Positions 1-11,711 of a DNA stretch of 64,000 nt are shown piece by piece. The notes beneath the pieces were generated by a model, which searched no databases, had not been told where the DNA came from, and worked only from the letters and a program-made list of their open reading frames with translations. The position numbers and the translations under genes are program-made. The stretch's first letter is position 1, and the number at the start of each line of letters is the position of its first letter. The stretch is from Octopus bimaculoides (Eukaryota): NCBI RefSeq assembly GCF_001194135.2, contig NC_068997.1, positions 29,390,725 through 29,454,724 on the forward strand, read 5' to 3'.

Positions 1-1339
1 TATATATATATATATATATATATACACATACATACATACTCATTCATCACTTGATATCTCATACCCATCAAGGGCTACATTGGATTTATGACGCTTCGTA
101 CATTTCACCTTCACCATTCCTCTTCCGCTTATCCCACTATCATTCCCGCCTATGTACTTTTTTGCTAGCGAGTCTAATGAAGGCATTGGATCTCTTCTCG
201 TTATCACTTCATATGCCCGGTGTAACTAGGAATGTCCGGATATATCTGGCATTCGCATCTCTCCAATTCTGTATTCCTCCCTCTTATCCTAATCATCCAA
301 ACTCTTTCACCTATTCCGAGCTAGATCTACAATTACCCTTTTCTCCTTCTATATCTCAGCCTACCACATACTGACAGCCATCAGCCACCCCTACTATCTA
401 TCAAGTTCTATTACCACACATTACTCTCACGCCTTCTAGAAATTTCTCTCTCATACTCACACATCCTTTTCATTCCCTGTCTACCACTAATTTCTTGCTC
501 CCTCCTCAGTCATGTCACCCTAAGTGAACAAACATTTTGCAGAGTAGTAAGGACTCCCAGATATTTGTGGTACATGGCAACCCCATTAGTGCCACTATAA
601 ATCCACCCAGAACATTCTATAAAGGGATTAATGAAGAAGCAGAGACATGGTATTAAGGAGATTCTTTTAGTCTCGTCGAGAACATGGCTACCTAGCCAGT
701 GATCACACCCAGAAAAAAAAACGCGTTGAGTATACTCTGTAAATTTGTTGGTGTGTGGAAGGCCATCCACCTGTAAACCCCAGGCCATAAATGAAACGTA
801 CGGTCATCTGGGGGAGCATTGCCTTCTAATAAGTACTGATTCAAACTCTGTCGATCCATCCAACCCAGCATGGAAAGCCGATAAAACTTAGGTGTTGTCT
901 GCATCTCACACGGTGATGCTCCAGCATGACCGCAGCTGCATGGCTGAAACAAATAAAAGAATAAAAGGATATATACATACGTGTGTGTGTGTGTATCAAA
1001 AAAGAAATATGAAAATGTAAACACATTCATGGTATGATTTTCAAGGGTGAATAAAAGAACAGCAGTTTCCTGATTCTCTATTGTGCATAAAATATATATT
1101 GTTTTATTAATGACGAGTCGTCAAATTAAGCTATTCACTTCAGTGATAAACTAATTTATGACTACTTTATATAATTCTGCTGAATATTATATACTAGTGT
1201 TTGGAGAATAAAACCAGACATGTCTTCTCCGAAACGCAGTCAACAAACATAAAATGGTCTATCAGGATACTTTATCTTTCTTTTACGCACATCAATACTA
1301 TAGAAGGAATATGTCTACGTTTTTATGTTTCTTTCACAG

Positions 1340-1782
1340 TTATGTGTTCTCTGAGGAGCAGTTAACGAACCATTTTGATTCCATTCAATTGACTAAGCTC
1401 CTGCTTCATTCCCTGTTACCCGATCTGGAGAAAAAACGCATATCTATTGACTCCAAACTCACCAGAATATACAAATTTCCCCTCCCCTTGAAAATTGTTA
1501 CGTCTGTATGATGGCGGAAGATATAGACAACTGCTGAACAAGACTACAAAATGGAAAACTGCAAGATTCGTTAATGACGAAGGATGGATTAATATAGTTG
1601 GATGGCACTCATGTGTTTTGGTGTCGGAAAACCAAAAGGAAGAAATATTGAAATTCAAGAAAGGTTATAAGTGTTGGAGGGTGATTGGGGGTTTGAAAAC
1701 GATACCGGACAATGTGGAATACGAGGAGCTAACAAAGAAATATGGTATAGACATTTTGAAGGACTCAGAATTCAAAAGATAA
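1340..1782 (+). pseudogene. Unidentified coding-like exon split by a +1 frameshift near 1491-1494
   Basis: Acceptor tttctttcacag at 1339. Two overlapping open frames (1254-1511, 1495-1782) join by removing one A in ttg aaa a ttg. No family recognised. Confidence 0.35.
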
Positions 1783-1831
1783 AAGGAAGCAAGTGATGCT
1801 GCTTGGGGTGGGGGCAAGTAGCACATTTTCA

Positions 1832-2441
1832 GGATCTTTTTTAAAACGGGGGCCACATTTTTCATTAACGAAACACTTTGAAACTTGGAACACTGGTAGA
1901 ATGTGTCATATAAAACATCTTTTTCTCTTAGTCTTCTTTAAAAAAAAAGAAATCCATGAATTATTCCATGTTAAAGTTGTCGTATTTCTGTAATTTCAAC
2001 CAATCACTGACGTCCATTCAGCCGATATACATTAAGTGCCGACTACATAAACAAACGATTCTGAAACAATTANNNNNNNNNNNNNNNNNNNNNNNNNNNN
2101 NNNNNNNNNNNNNNNNNNNNNNNNNNNNNNNNNNNNNNNNNNNNNNNNNNNNNNNNNNNNNNNNNNNNNNNNNNNNNNNNNNNNNNNNNNNNNNNNNNNN
2201 NNNNNNNNNNNNNNNNNNNNNNNNNNNNNNNNNNNNNNNNNNNNNNNNNNNNNNNNNNNNNNNNNNNNNNNNNNNNNNNNNNNNNNNNNNNTTTTTTACA
2301 TGAAATAAATTCGAATACAAAAATATTTTTCTGTTCTATAACACAAAATAGATAAGTATACGAAGTTTGAAAGTCTTTCAGTACCAAAAACACTACGTAA
2401 AACATTAATGAAAAATGTGGCCCCCGTTTTAAAAAAGATCC
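1832..2441 (+). mobile_element. MITE copy 1, 37-bp TIRs (GGATCTTTTTTAAAACGGGGGCC...), 8-bp TSD CATTTTCA; Merlin-like
   Basis: Perfect terminal inverted repeats; TSD at 1824-1831 and 2442-2449; internal N gap. Confidence 0.85.
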
Positions 2442-2910
2442 CATTTTCATTATATCATTCATGTTATCATACGTTTAATTTTCCCATTATTATTTAATTT
2501 TTCGTGTTTATATGTGCCCACATGTGTTTGTATTGTCCCCTCTTCGTTGGTCCCTTGTGGGTAATAAAAAATGCTCTAGTAATTGACTATCTTTTGGGTA
2601 TTTGAAGAACCAACTTGTAGAAAAGAAACAGAATTGCGCAGTAATGTTTCTACCACTAACATAAATAATCTGTTTCTATCACAGAACAAAGTTTCCATAA
2701 TCCTCATGAAATGCAAGAGCGTTATGAAAAAGTTAGTTTATCCCACAGTGTGAACTCGTGTTTACTCCTTCAGTTTTAAAGCGCTCAATGAAGAGGCTAA
2801 TACATTCGAATAGCGATTTGTAATTTCGAATTTCAAATTTTGAGCGAAGTAGAAAAATTGCTACAGATCGTAAAATTAATGAAGAAAAGACTACCATAGA
2901 AGCAAAGAAT

Positions 2911-3387
2911 GGATCTATTTTAAAACGGGGGCCACATTTTTCATTAATGTTTTACGTAGTGTTTTTGGTACCGAAAGACTTTCAAACTTCGTATACTTAT
3001 CTATTTTGTGTTATAGAACAGAAAAATATTTTTGTATTCGAATTTATTTCATGTAAAAAATTGTCTTATTTCGATAATTTCAACCAATCACTGACAAGTA
3101 TTCAGTTGTTTATATTTACTCCTTTGACTGATTAAGCGATGTAAAGCGTATTTAATCTCTATACCTTCGTTTTATTTGCTTTTTTCATTTTAAATTTGCT
3201 TTAACCCTACAGTGATTGGTTGAAATTACAGAAATACGACAACTTTAACATGGAATAACTTATGGATTTCTTTATTTTTTAAGAAGACTAAGAGAAAAAG
3301 ATGTTTTATATGACACATTCTACCAGTGTTCCAAGTTTCAAAGTGTTTCGTTAATGAAAAATGTGGCCCCCGTTTTAAAAAAGATCC
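2911..3387 (-). mobile_element. MITE copy 2, same family, opposite orientation, 8-bp TSD CAAAGAAT
   Basis: TIRs at both ends; TSD at 2903-2910 and 3388-3395; 178-bp arm nearly identical to that of copy 1. Confidence 0.88.
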
Positions 3388-5656
3388 CAAAGAATTCTAA
3401 CCCCATATTAGATGAAAAAAAAATTTTTAAACTCTATTTCAAGTGAACCAAATATAAGCAGCGAAGCACATCTAGTATCGAACTCAAAACTATCGAGGTA
3501 AAGTAACATCGTGGTGAATAAAAAAATAAATAAATAAAAGGCCAGCTGTGTTTTTTTCTTTTTTTTTTCCGTAAATGATTTATTCAGAATGACATGGTAA
3601 GTTACCGGTTAAACCTAAATTGTTTAACATTTAAAAAATTTGTCTGTCAATTCTCATCAGCAAGTAAGTAAAGACCGTTTATAATATTATTTCAATGTGA
3701 ATTCGTATCTTAATTAATTTAATGACTGAATATTTGGAACGAAGTTAATCATAAAGTTGAAATAAAGTTCAGAAAAAAAATAATGTATAAGGAGTTTTCT
3801 CCCTTCGCAATATAAATTTCCCGAAATTTTAATAACAGTGAATTAACGTTTTTTGTTTTTATAATCTTGCATTTATGTTTTGAAATCTCTTTCATGTCTT
3901 TCCATGGGCCTAGTCACATCAGAAGCTCTTCACCGCTGGAAAATCTGAAATGCGAAACTCGCTCACATTACGTAAATGTTGAGTGTCATATGTTGGTGAA
4001 TTCCTTTCTTCAGGATAAATGCTGAACTCCAAGAGTATCATTTAATTTTCATAACTTTTAAGGTGCAACACGAGTTTCATCCCACCATATCTCTTAGAAT
4101 AAAGACTATGTAAGTAGCAGTTGTATTGAAACAGAAATAAGAAACCATAACACATATTAATATTTGAAGTGGTTGGTAAATTGACAGAATTAAATTATCA
4201 GACAAAAGCCTTTACAGCATTTAGCCACAGCCCATTACAAATTCAAATCTTACCGCAGTTAACTTACTTTTCTACCGTTCCAGGGTCGGTAAAATATCGT
4301 ATTGGATGGTTTATAAAGCACATGAGCTTATACGGTAAAACTCTATTTTAAATTTTCTCGAAAAAAATTTAAAAAACTACATTTCGGCTGACATTCATAG
4401 CTCTATCACAATATCGGGTTATTTTAAAGTTTTCATCTCTATTGTTCCTTATAAATCCCCAAAAGTATCTTTTTCTTACTATACTTCCAAATAATTCACT
4501 ATTTATTTTAATTACACTCGAAAATAATCCTAAAATTTAAATTCTTCATATATAATTAATTATTCACCAATATTATAGTTTACTAACGAAATACTGCAAG
4601 GAGAGGAACAGGACATCGAGTTCGGTCTATAACCGACGCAGAAGCGTTGCCAGGTTCTAAAGTTAGTGGAAGCGAGCACATACCAAAGAATCTGCGACTC
4701 CTTTCTCTTGTATTATGTGAAATATTTCATTAGTTATAATATACATAATTCATTAATTTCATATTTCAGAAACGGTGTCTTTATGTATAAAACTTACAAT
4801 TACTGACATAGGTAACTAATGAATTTTTAATGTTGAAAAGGTGCCTAATTGCTCGGGGTTAACGGTCGCTCCCTTTGCTTACTGAACTGAGGACCACTTG
4901 GTTGTTTCACAAGGGAAGTCGAGCGTTGTCGCTTAAGCTCCCACCTGAGTTGTTATATATGTGATATCGAGGATATATGTTTAAGGACGACCGTACGAAC
5001 TCAAAAAGGAGAAATGGTGACGAATGGAAAAAATGAGGACTCCTTTTATTTAAACGTGTCACACGGTCGAACACAAAATAATATATATCAAAGATGATAT
5101 ACAAATATGCTATACTACGATAACATATATGAATTCGTAAATACCAGTAATGAAGGCAACCGTATGAAATGAATAACAGAAATATTTATTGTGGCATTAA
5201 AGTGTATGTCTGTGTGAGAGTGTGAATGCGACCTATAAGAACATAATCAAAGACAGGCCGTCGTACAAAGAAAAGTATGTATGTGAGTGATACATGTATG
5301 TGTATGTGAGATATTACAGCAGATAGAAAGAGTCAGTAACACGTGAGCATTTATACCAGTTCTTGAGTACACAATTGGAAGAGTCTGTATGTGAAAGGAG
5401 TTGAGGCTGTGTGTGGCAGCGCTGATCACTAGTTGTGATGTGGTGGCTTCCATGCCGGGCCGTGATTCTTGTTATACAGATGTTCGTCGTTCGTCGCTGG
5501 CTGAAATCTCTTGTCTGTTTCTTTATCGNNNNNNNNNNNNNNNNNNNNNNNNNNNNNNNNNNNNNNNNNNNNNNNNNNNNNNNNNNNNNNNNNNNNNNNN
5601 NNNNNNNNNNNNNNNNNNNNNNNNNNNNNNNNNNNNNNNNNNNNNNNNNNNNNNNT

Positions 5657-6122
5657 TAGTTTGGTGTACATAGTAAGTCGTGTTGACGCTGGTGGTGAAG
5701 AGGCTGCTTGGTAGTAGTCGTAGTCTCGTGTTGCTGATGTGGCGACGGCGGTCATCGTTGGACGAAGCTGTTGATGTGTCGCTGGCTGCTGCTGCTGTCG
5801 TGTGGTACACAGAACAGATCTCAAAGAGAACTGAACCGAGACAAATTTGCTGGGTAAGAGTTGCTCTATTTAAAGCGTTCAGGGGGTTCCAAGACGGTAG
5901 TAGAAAAACACTATCACGTGACCTTATTAAGGGCTGTGATTGGTCAGTTTGCGTTCTGGCGGGAACGGTTCGAAGAAGTTGCCGATTCGAATAATAATCA
6001 GTCACGTGATGACAAGGAATGGGTTCTCCGCTACGCTCGCGCTTGTTTATATTTAAATGAGAAGATTGTATGTAATGGCGATAGTAGTTTTGTATTTAAT
6101 GGCGATAGGTAGTTTCACTACA
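5657..6122 (-). mobile_element. LTR-like promoter-bearing repeat (left boundary uncertain, borders a gap)
   Basis: Minus strand starts TGTAGTGAAAC, then CCAAT, GTCACGTGA, TTTAAATA and TCAGTT motifs; core shared with 46888-47262; no TSD found. Confidence 0.45.
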
Positions 6123-6381
6123 TATGTGATATTGAGAGGCTACTTTAAAAAATACGTATGCTGGAAATTTTGTAAGAAAGGTGTTTGCAGTTCCTTTTCT
6201 CTGGCATTACGGTACTTGAGCCCCATTTACAACGAATCCGAAACCTAACGTTGAGTTTATAAGGCGCAGGATCCTCTTTTAGGTGGGAGAGCGGGTGGTG
6301 TCGTATAAGCCGTCAAAAGTAGGATGTACCAGTTTTAGTGCTGAGTCGATTATTCCTGTCCCACAAATTTTAGGCCTTATG

Positions 6382-6600
6382 ATAATATTCTTTTCTACTC
6401 TAGACACAAGGCCCGAAATTTTGGGGGTGGAGGCCAGTCGATTAGATCTACTCCAGTACGCAGTTGGTCCTTAATTTATCGACCCCGAAAGGATGAGAGG
6501 CAAAGTCGACTTCGGAATTTGAACTCAGAACGTAAAGACGGACGAAATACTGCTAAGCATTTCGCCCGGCGTGTTAACGTTTCAGCCAGCTCGCAGCCTT
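6382..6600 (-). mobile_element. tRNA-derived SINE (family A)
   Basis: A-box-like GGCGAGCTGGC head, B box GAGTTCAAATTC, core GCCTTTCATCCTTTCGGGGTCGATAAATTAAG; many copies in the window. Confidence 0.85.
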
Positions 6601-6857
6601 CTTGATAATCAATATAATTAATGCAATGGTCTTGCAGATTCGAGAGAGCGCGGATAACAAACTGCTTTGGTTCCATCCTTCCGTGGTTTATAAAATTTGC
6701 AACCCATCAGTCATGTGTTCAAGCTGATTAAATACTTCTCCACATAAACATATTTTTGTACAAATATAAGACTTCACCGTAGTTTTTCTTGTAAAAAGAA
6801 AAACTCGGAGGAGGCAATTACTCTGGAACTGAAATGAAAATGCTGGAGGAAATCTGG

Positions 6858-7715
6858 TTTTGTCAGATAAATGCTTAAATAGTCTTGCTATCAATTCTAC
6901 CATGAAGGGAAACCATTGAGCCGGCGGATTTCCAATATATAGCCCCCACCCCGATCATCACTGATCCTTTTCCTTGCTTAACAGTTGGAAGAAGGCAGTC
7001 TGGGTCAAATGCTTCTTTTGGCTGTCTCCATGCGTATACTCGGCCGGTGGTTGGAAATAAGGTAAAGGACGACTCATCCGAGAAAATAACATTCTTTAAC
7101 TGCTGTAGGGATCAATTCTGTAGGTTTTTACTCCGCTCTAAACGCTTTGTAACGTTTGTTTTTGAAAGTAGTGGTTTTCTGATTGCAGCCCTCCTGTGAA
7201 ATCGAGGTGGTCATTAAGCTCTGCAGCAATTTTGGGAGCTGTACTTTTGTGACCCTTTCTAACAATTTGCGTAAGAGTCCGATGGTCCCTATCTGAAAGT
7301 TTTGGTTTTCTTCCAGAGGTTTGTTTCGACGAGGAGGTTTTTCCCTCTTTCTCAAAGGCTGCCATTACTTTCGAGACTATTTCTTATTTCTTTATTACCC
7401 ACAAGGGGCTAAACATACAAGGACAGACAAAGGGATTAGGTCGATTACATCGACCCCAGTGCGTAACTGGTACTTAATTTATCGACCCCGAAAGGATGAA
7501 AGGTAAAGTCGACCTCGGCGGAATTTGAACTCAAAAAGTAACGGCAGACGAAATACCGCTAAGCATTTCGCCCGGCGTGCTAACGATTCTGCCAGCTCGC
7601 CGCCTTCGAGACTACTTCTTGATACACTAAACATTTCGGCTGTTTTCGTTACGCTAGTGCCTGCCATACGAGCACCAACAATTTGACCTCTTTGAAAGTC
7701 CGATAGATCTGTCAT
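6858..7715 (-). mobile_element. Degenerate Tc1-family transposase gene, interrupted by a SINE and 3'-truncated
   Basis: MTDLSDFQRGQIVGARMAG..., SGRKPKLSDRD, VIFSDESSF (first catalytic D), PTVKQGKGSVMI; frameshifts and stops. Confidence 0.88.
7380..7604 (-). mobile_element. Family A SINE inserted in the Tc1 transposase, 10-bp TSD TTCGAGACTA
   Basis: TSD at 7370-7379 and 7605-7614. Confidence 0.9.
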
Positions 7716-8297
7716 TTTAATGAATTTTAATTACCTTTTTCCGTGGATACCTGAAAAGAAACAGCAACTGTAGGAAAACATATTAAGCAACAATAATAAN
7801 NNNNNNNNNNNNNNNNNNNNNNNNNNNNNNNNNNNNNNNNNNNNNNNNNNNNNNNNNNNNNNNNNNNNNNNNNNNNNNNNNNNNNNNNNNNNNNNNNNNN
7901 NNNNNNNNNNNNNNNNNNNNNNNNNNNNNNNNNNNNNNNNNNNNNNNNNNNNNNNNNNNNNNNNNNNNNNNNNNNNNNNNNNNNNNNNNNNNNNNNNNNN
8001 NNNNNNNNNNNNNNNNNNNNNNNNNNNNNNNNNNNNNNNNNNNNNNNNNNNNCAATTAGAACCAGTGGTCTAGCATATTAAATAAATCCGAAGATTAAAA
8101 TTATATTACATCCAAAAATAAGAGGAATGACCAGCAAAAGTGGACTCCTATATGCTAGAAATAGATGCCGAATCACATGGACTAGATTTCTGTCAGTAGA
8201 ACTGATTTGGTCAGTGTAACACTGGTGCTGTGATTCGATCCGTCGCACATTCGCCCACCATAATAAACATCATACCGCTTCGAACAGTTGCGACTTG

Positions 8298-8652
8298 TTT
8301 TCTTTTACTTGTTTCAGTCATTGGACTGCGGCCATGCTGGGGCACCGCCTTAAAGGGTTTAGTCGAACAAATCGACCCTAGTACTTACTTTTTCAAGTCT
8401 GGTACTTATTCTATTGGTCTTTTTTCCGAACTGTTAAGCTTCCAGGACGTAAACAAATCAATACTGGTTGCCTGGTGGTGGTGGAATGAATACAAGTACA
8501 CATATACAAGGGGCTTCCCCACAGTTTCCATCTAAATTTACTCACAAAGCATTGGTCGGTCTAGGACTATGCCCGAGATGCCGCGCAATGGGTCTGAACT
8601 CGAAACCACATGGTTGCAAGGCGAGCTTCTTTAACCATAAATCCGTGCCTGC
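8298..8652 (-). mobile_element. tRNA-derived CORE-type SINE (family B)
   Basis: tRNA-like head at the right end, CORE-like GCACCTTGGGCAAGT segment (clearest in the 30380 and 42630 copies), shared 3' module ending GACTGAAACAAGTAAAAG. Confidence 0.75.
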
Positions 8653-11600
8653 GCCCATTTTTCAAAAAAAAAAAGATGATGCAATTTTCTTTTTTCAGGA
8701 CCTCTAATATCAAATTACGTAGAGAAAATAATTCAGAAGAAAGGAAATACGTTTTCCTATGAACTTTGTGCGCGCACACACGAAATCATTTTAAACGCTA
8801 ATGATAAAACGATGAGTAATTTATCCTAGTCTCATGACTAATTTTATAAGAGGTTGATGAATAAATCAATTCCAGTGTAGAACTAGCACTTTATAGATTT
8901 TAGAAATGCAGGGTTCCCAGCTCCATTTCAATACAGAAATTTGATTAAAGGAACTTGAAATATATTGTCAAATCTGTTTCGCCACTGATGCAATTAACTG
9001 AAGCAGTCGTTAGGTAAACAAGGGAGTTAACTCTCAAACTAGTTACTATAATTATTTTTTAAAAATCTTATTCTCGAAACTTGATCTAATCTAATTTATT
9101 TTATTATGTCCAGTTTATTAGAACGATGATCCTAAAAATGTATTTGTTTAGAAATAACTTGTCCGACTTGGCTACCAGTTATTATCTGCATTTATCACAG
9201 TATTATTGTTGTTATAAACTGTTGCTTTGTTTACATGCAAGATGGCAGAATAGTTTACACTAGCAACTAGAAATGTCTTTTCTGTAACTACGATTAATTC
9301 AACGGGATACAATGACTTCTCGAAAGGTACTTTTATTGAATTATTTAACAAAATCATTCTTATTCAATATCATGTGTATTTGCTTATATTTCAATACACT
9401 TTGGACAATTAATTCGCGTTTCGTTGTTAAGGGAGAAGAACAAAAAACAATTTAGTACGCATGGTCAGTTCACTTCACCAAGTATAGAAGTTCTTTATAA
9501 TGTCTTTTACGAATGCTTTTCTAAACCGAACGCACTTACTCTGAATTTCTGATAGGCATTAATAAAGAAATTATTTCACATATATCTAAACTCTTAGCAA
9601 TACTCAGTATCCACCAAACATGATGCAATGCGAATATATATTTGTATATATACGTATATTAATTCAAAATTCAGTATTATGAATTTAGTTTCATTTACTT
9701 AATTCTATGGCAATTCAAATTGTTTACGAAGAACATCAATAAATGTAAACTTTCATGGAAATATTTTACTTCACTGTTTTTCTTTCATATATTTTATTTT
9801 TGACAAAGTTTTCATTGTTGTTACATATCAAACTTTTGCCATAATTTGATGGCAAAAGTTATCTATAAATGTTTAGTATATATCAAATCATATTTTATGA
9901 AACGATAATGAAATATGAATTTTTGTATCTCTACATACGCTTTCTGTAGCTTAATTGCTGGGAGGGACACCGTATTTTGTTCAGCAACCATAATACACTA
10001 CCAAGTATATATTTTCTATAGTACTAATGCAGGTTATGACTGGAAATTCATTGACACTGCTCTAAATTATCGATTTTATAGATGTAAGGCTCTATGTTGC
10101 CCGCGGGGAAAGGGGGTGTTGTAGAATCCAAAGTCTGTCCCATCCTCCAAAGGCAGTTGGTGAATTTCATCAAGATAAACAAAATTGTGTGCCATAAAAG
10201 AGAAATATCTCGTTCTAACTTATTCTGAAGATCCTGTTTTGTCAGTATTGACTTCACTATTTAATAGAATAAGAGACAAACACATTATTGAATTTGATAT
10301 ATCCTATAATCCCTTGGGGTCGTTTGCTTTCATATAGTTTGTCGAAAGGCTAACTCAGCTCCGTGGAACTTGTCGAATCCAATCAAATATCTTTGCAAAT
10401 ATCTCAGTGAAAGCCACAACTCCGTACAGGGCTGCTTTAGCAGCCTCATAGGTCCTCAAACAAATCAATGCACTTGGTCCTGTAGCATATATTTATTAAC
10501 AGCAAACCACAGCATACACAGATCATAATTGGGACCCTCGAGCAACTACCCAGTGCTCCCATTCCTTAAGGCGACCCAGACTCTCAAGTAGATTTAAATA
10601 CTTCAAGTTTTCCTTCATCTATTTTTATTGTAAACAACTTCCATCATCTATTTATAGAACACTATCCTATTTTATGTCATCTATTTGCATTACCTCATTA
10701 TATCTATGCCAATAATCTGCTTGAAAAAACTGCTAAATCTCCCTCAAATCACTCTTTGGACAATGTAGTCTTGGATATATAAAATACTGAGTTGATTCTG
10801 ACTGGAACGTCTCTAGAGTCAAAGCTGACTTGAGTAAAAACTGACCCTAACAACCACCTCACTGCAAAGACAATTCTTCTGTATACACCAACTAGGTTTT
10901 TGATACACTGGTCATTTCAACAATTAACAAGCTGTCAACCTTTCTTGTAGCTAATATTGCTAATCCAACAACATTGGTTAAGTATATTTCTAGTTTCTTA
11001 TACTGACTGCTGTTTTAATAATGTTATTTTAAACAATGTTTAATCTGTAATGATAACAATACTGGATGAGTAGTGTTGGATCTCTATTCATTTCAGCAAT
11101 GTTTACAGCATGAAATTGTATATGGGAGCCTCCATGAAGCTGCTCAATCTGCTAGAAACAGCAGTTAAATCTCCTTCAAATCGTATCTTCTAAAAGAGGA
11201 GACATAGGGTGATGTACTTCTTGATATATAAAATACTGAGTTGATCTTGACTGGAACGTCTCTAGGTTCAAAGCTGACTTGAGTAAAAACTGACCCTAAC
11301 AACCACCTCACTTCAAAGACAATTCTTCTGTATACACCAACTAGGTTTTTGATGCACTGGTCATTTCATCAATTAACAACATAGGGTGATGTACTTGGTC
11401 ATAATAGTAGTAGTAGTGGGTGTCATCATTTGAAAGCTAAAACGATGTAAAGCTCATTGTGACCAATGTATAACAGCATCTAACAGCCTGGTTGATCATG
11501 TGACAAATACACATGTATATAGAGGGAGAAACAGGTAAAAACCATAATTTGAAGAACATTCTATACTATACAAAACAATAAGCAGACCTAAGTAACAAAA

Positions 11601-11657
11601 CATATTTCATCTCTACATTAACTACCAAAGTAAATGTTGTCAACATTTATTTTTCAG

Positions 11658-11711
11658 TCTCGTTTAATGAATGACACATGGAGCTCTGAAGAACTGAAAC
11701 ATGCTCTTAAG
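11658..11711 (+). CDS. WDR60: WDR60 exon 1 (first identified): SRLMNDTWSSEELKHALK
   Basis: ttttcag acceptor, aag|gtatgt donor, phase 0-0; in-frame ATG at 11667. Confidence 0.85.

Noticed and set aside
51-374. 107-aa plus-strand ORF
   Set aside because: It is the pyrimidine-rich antisense of what weakly resembles a decayed RTE C-terminus (EMRM..ISGH); no gene support.
3601-3614. RFX X-box for the ciliary gene (also GTTGCCCGCGGGGAAA near 10097)
   Set aside because: Only one half-site fits the consensus, and the TSS is unknown.
9172-9357. 61-aa minus-strand ORF as an exon
   Set aside because: Purine-rich acceptor, weak donor, and no recognisable homology.
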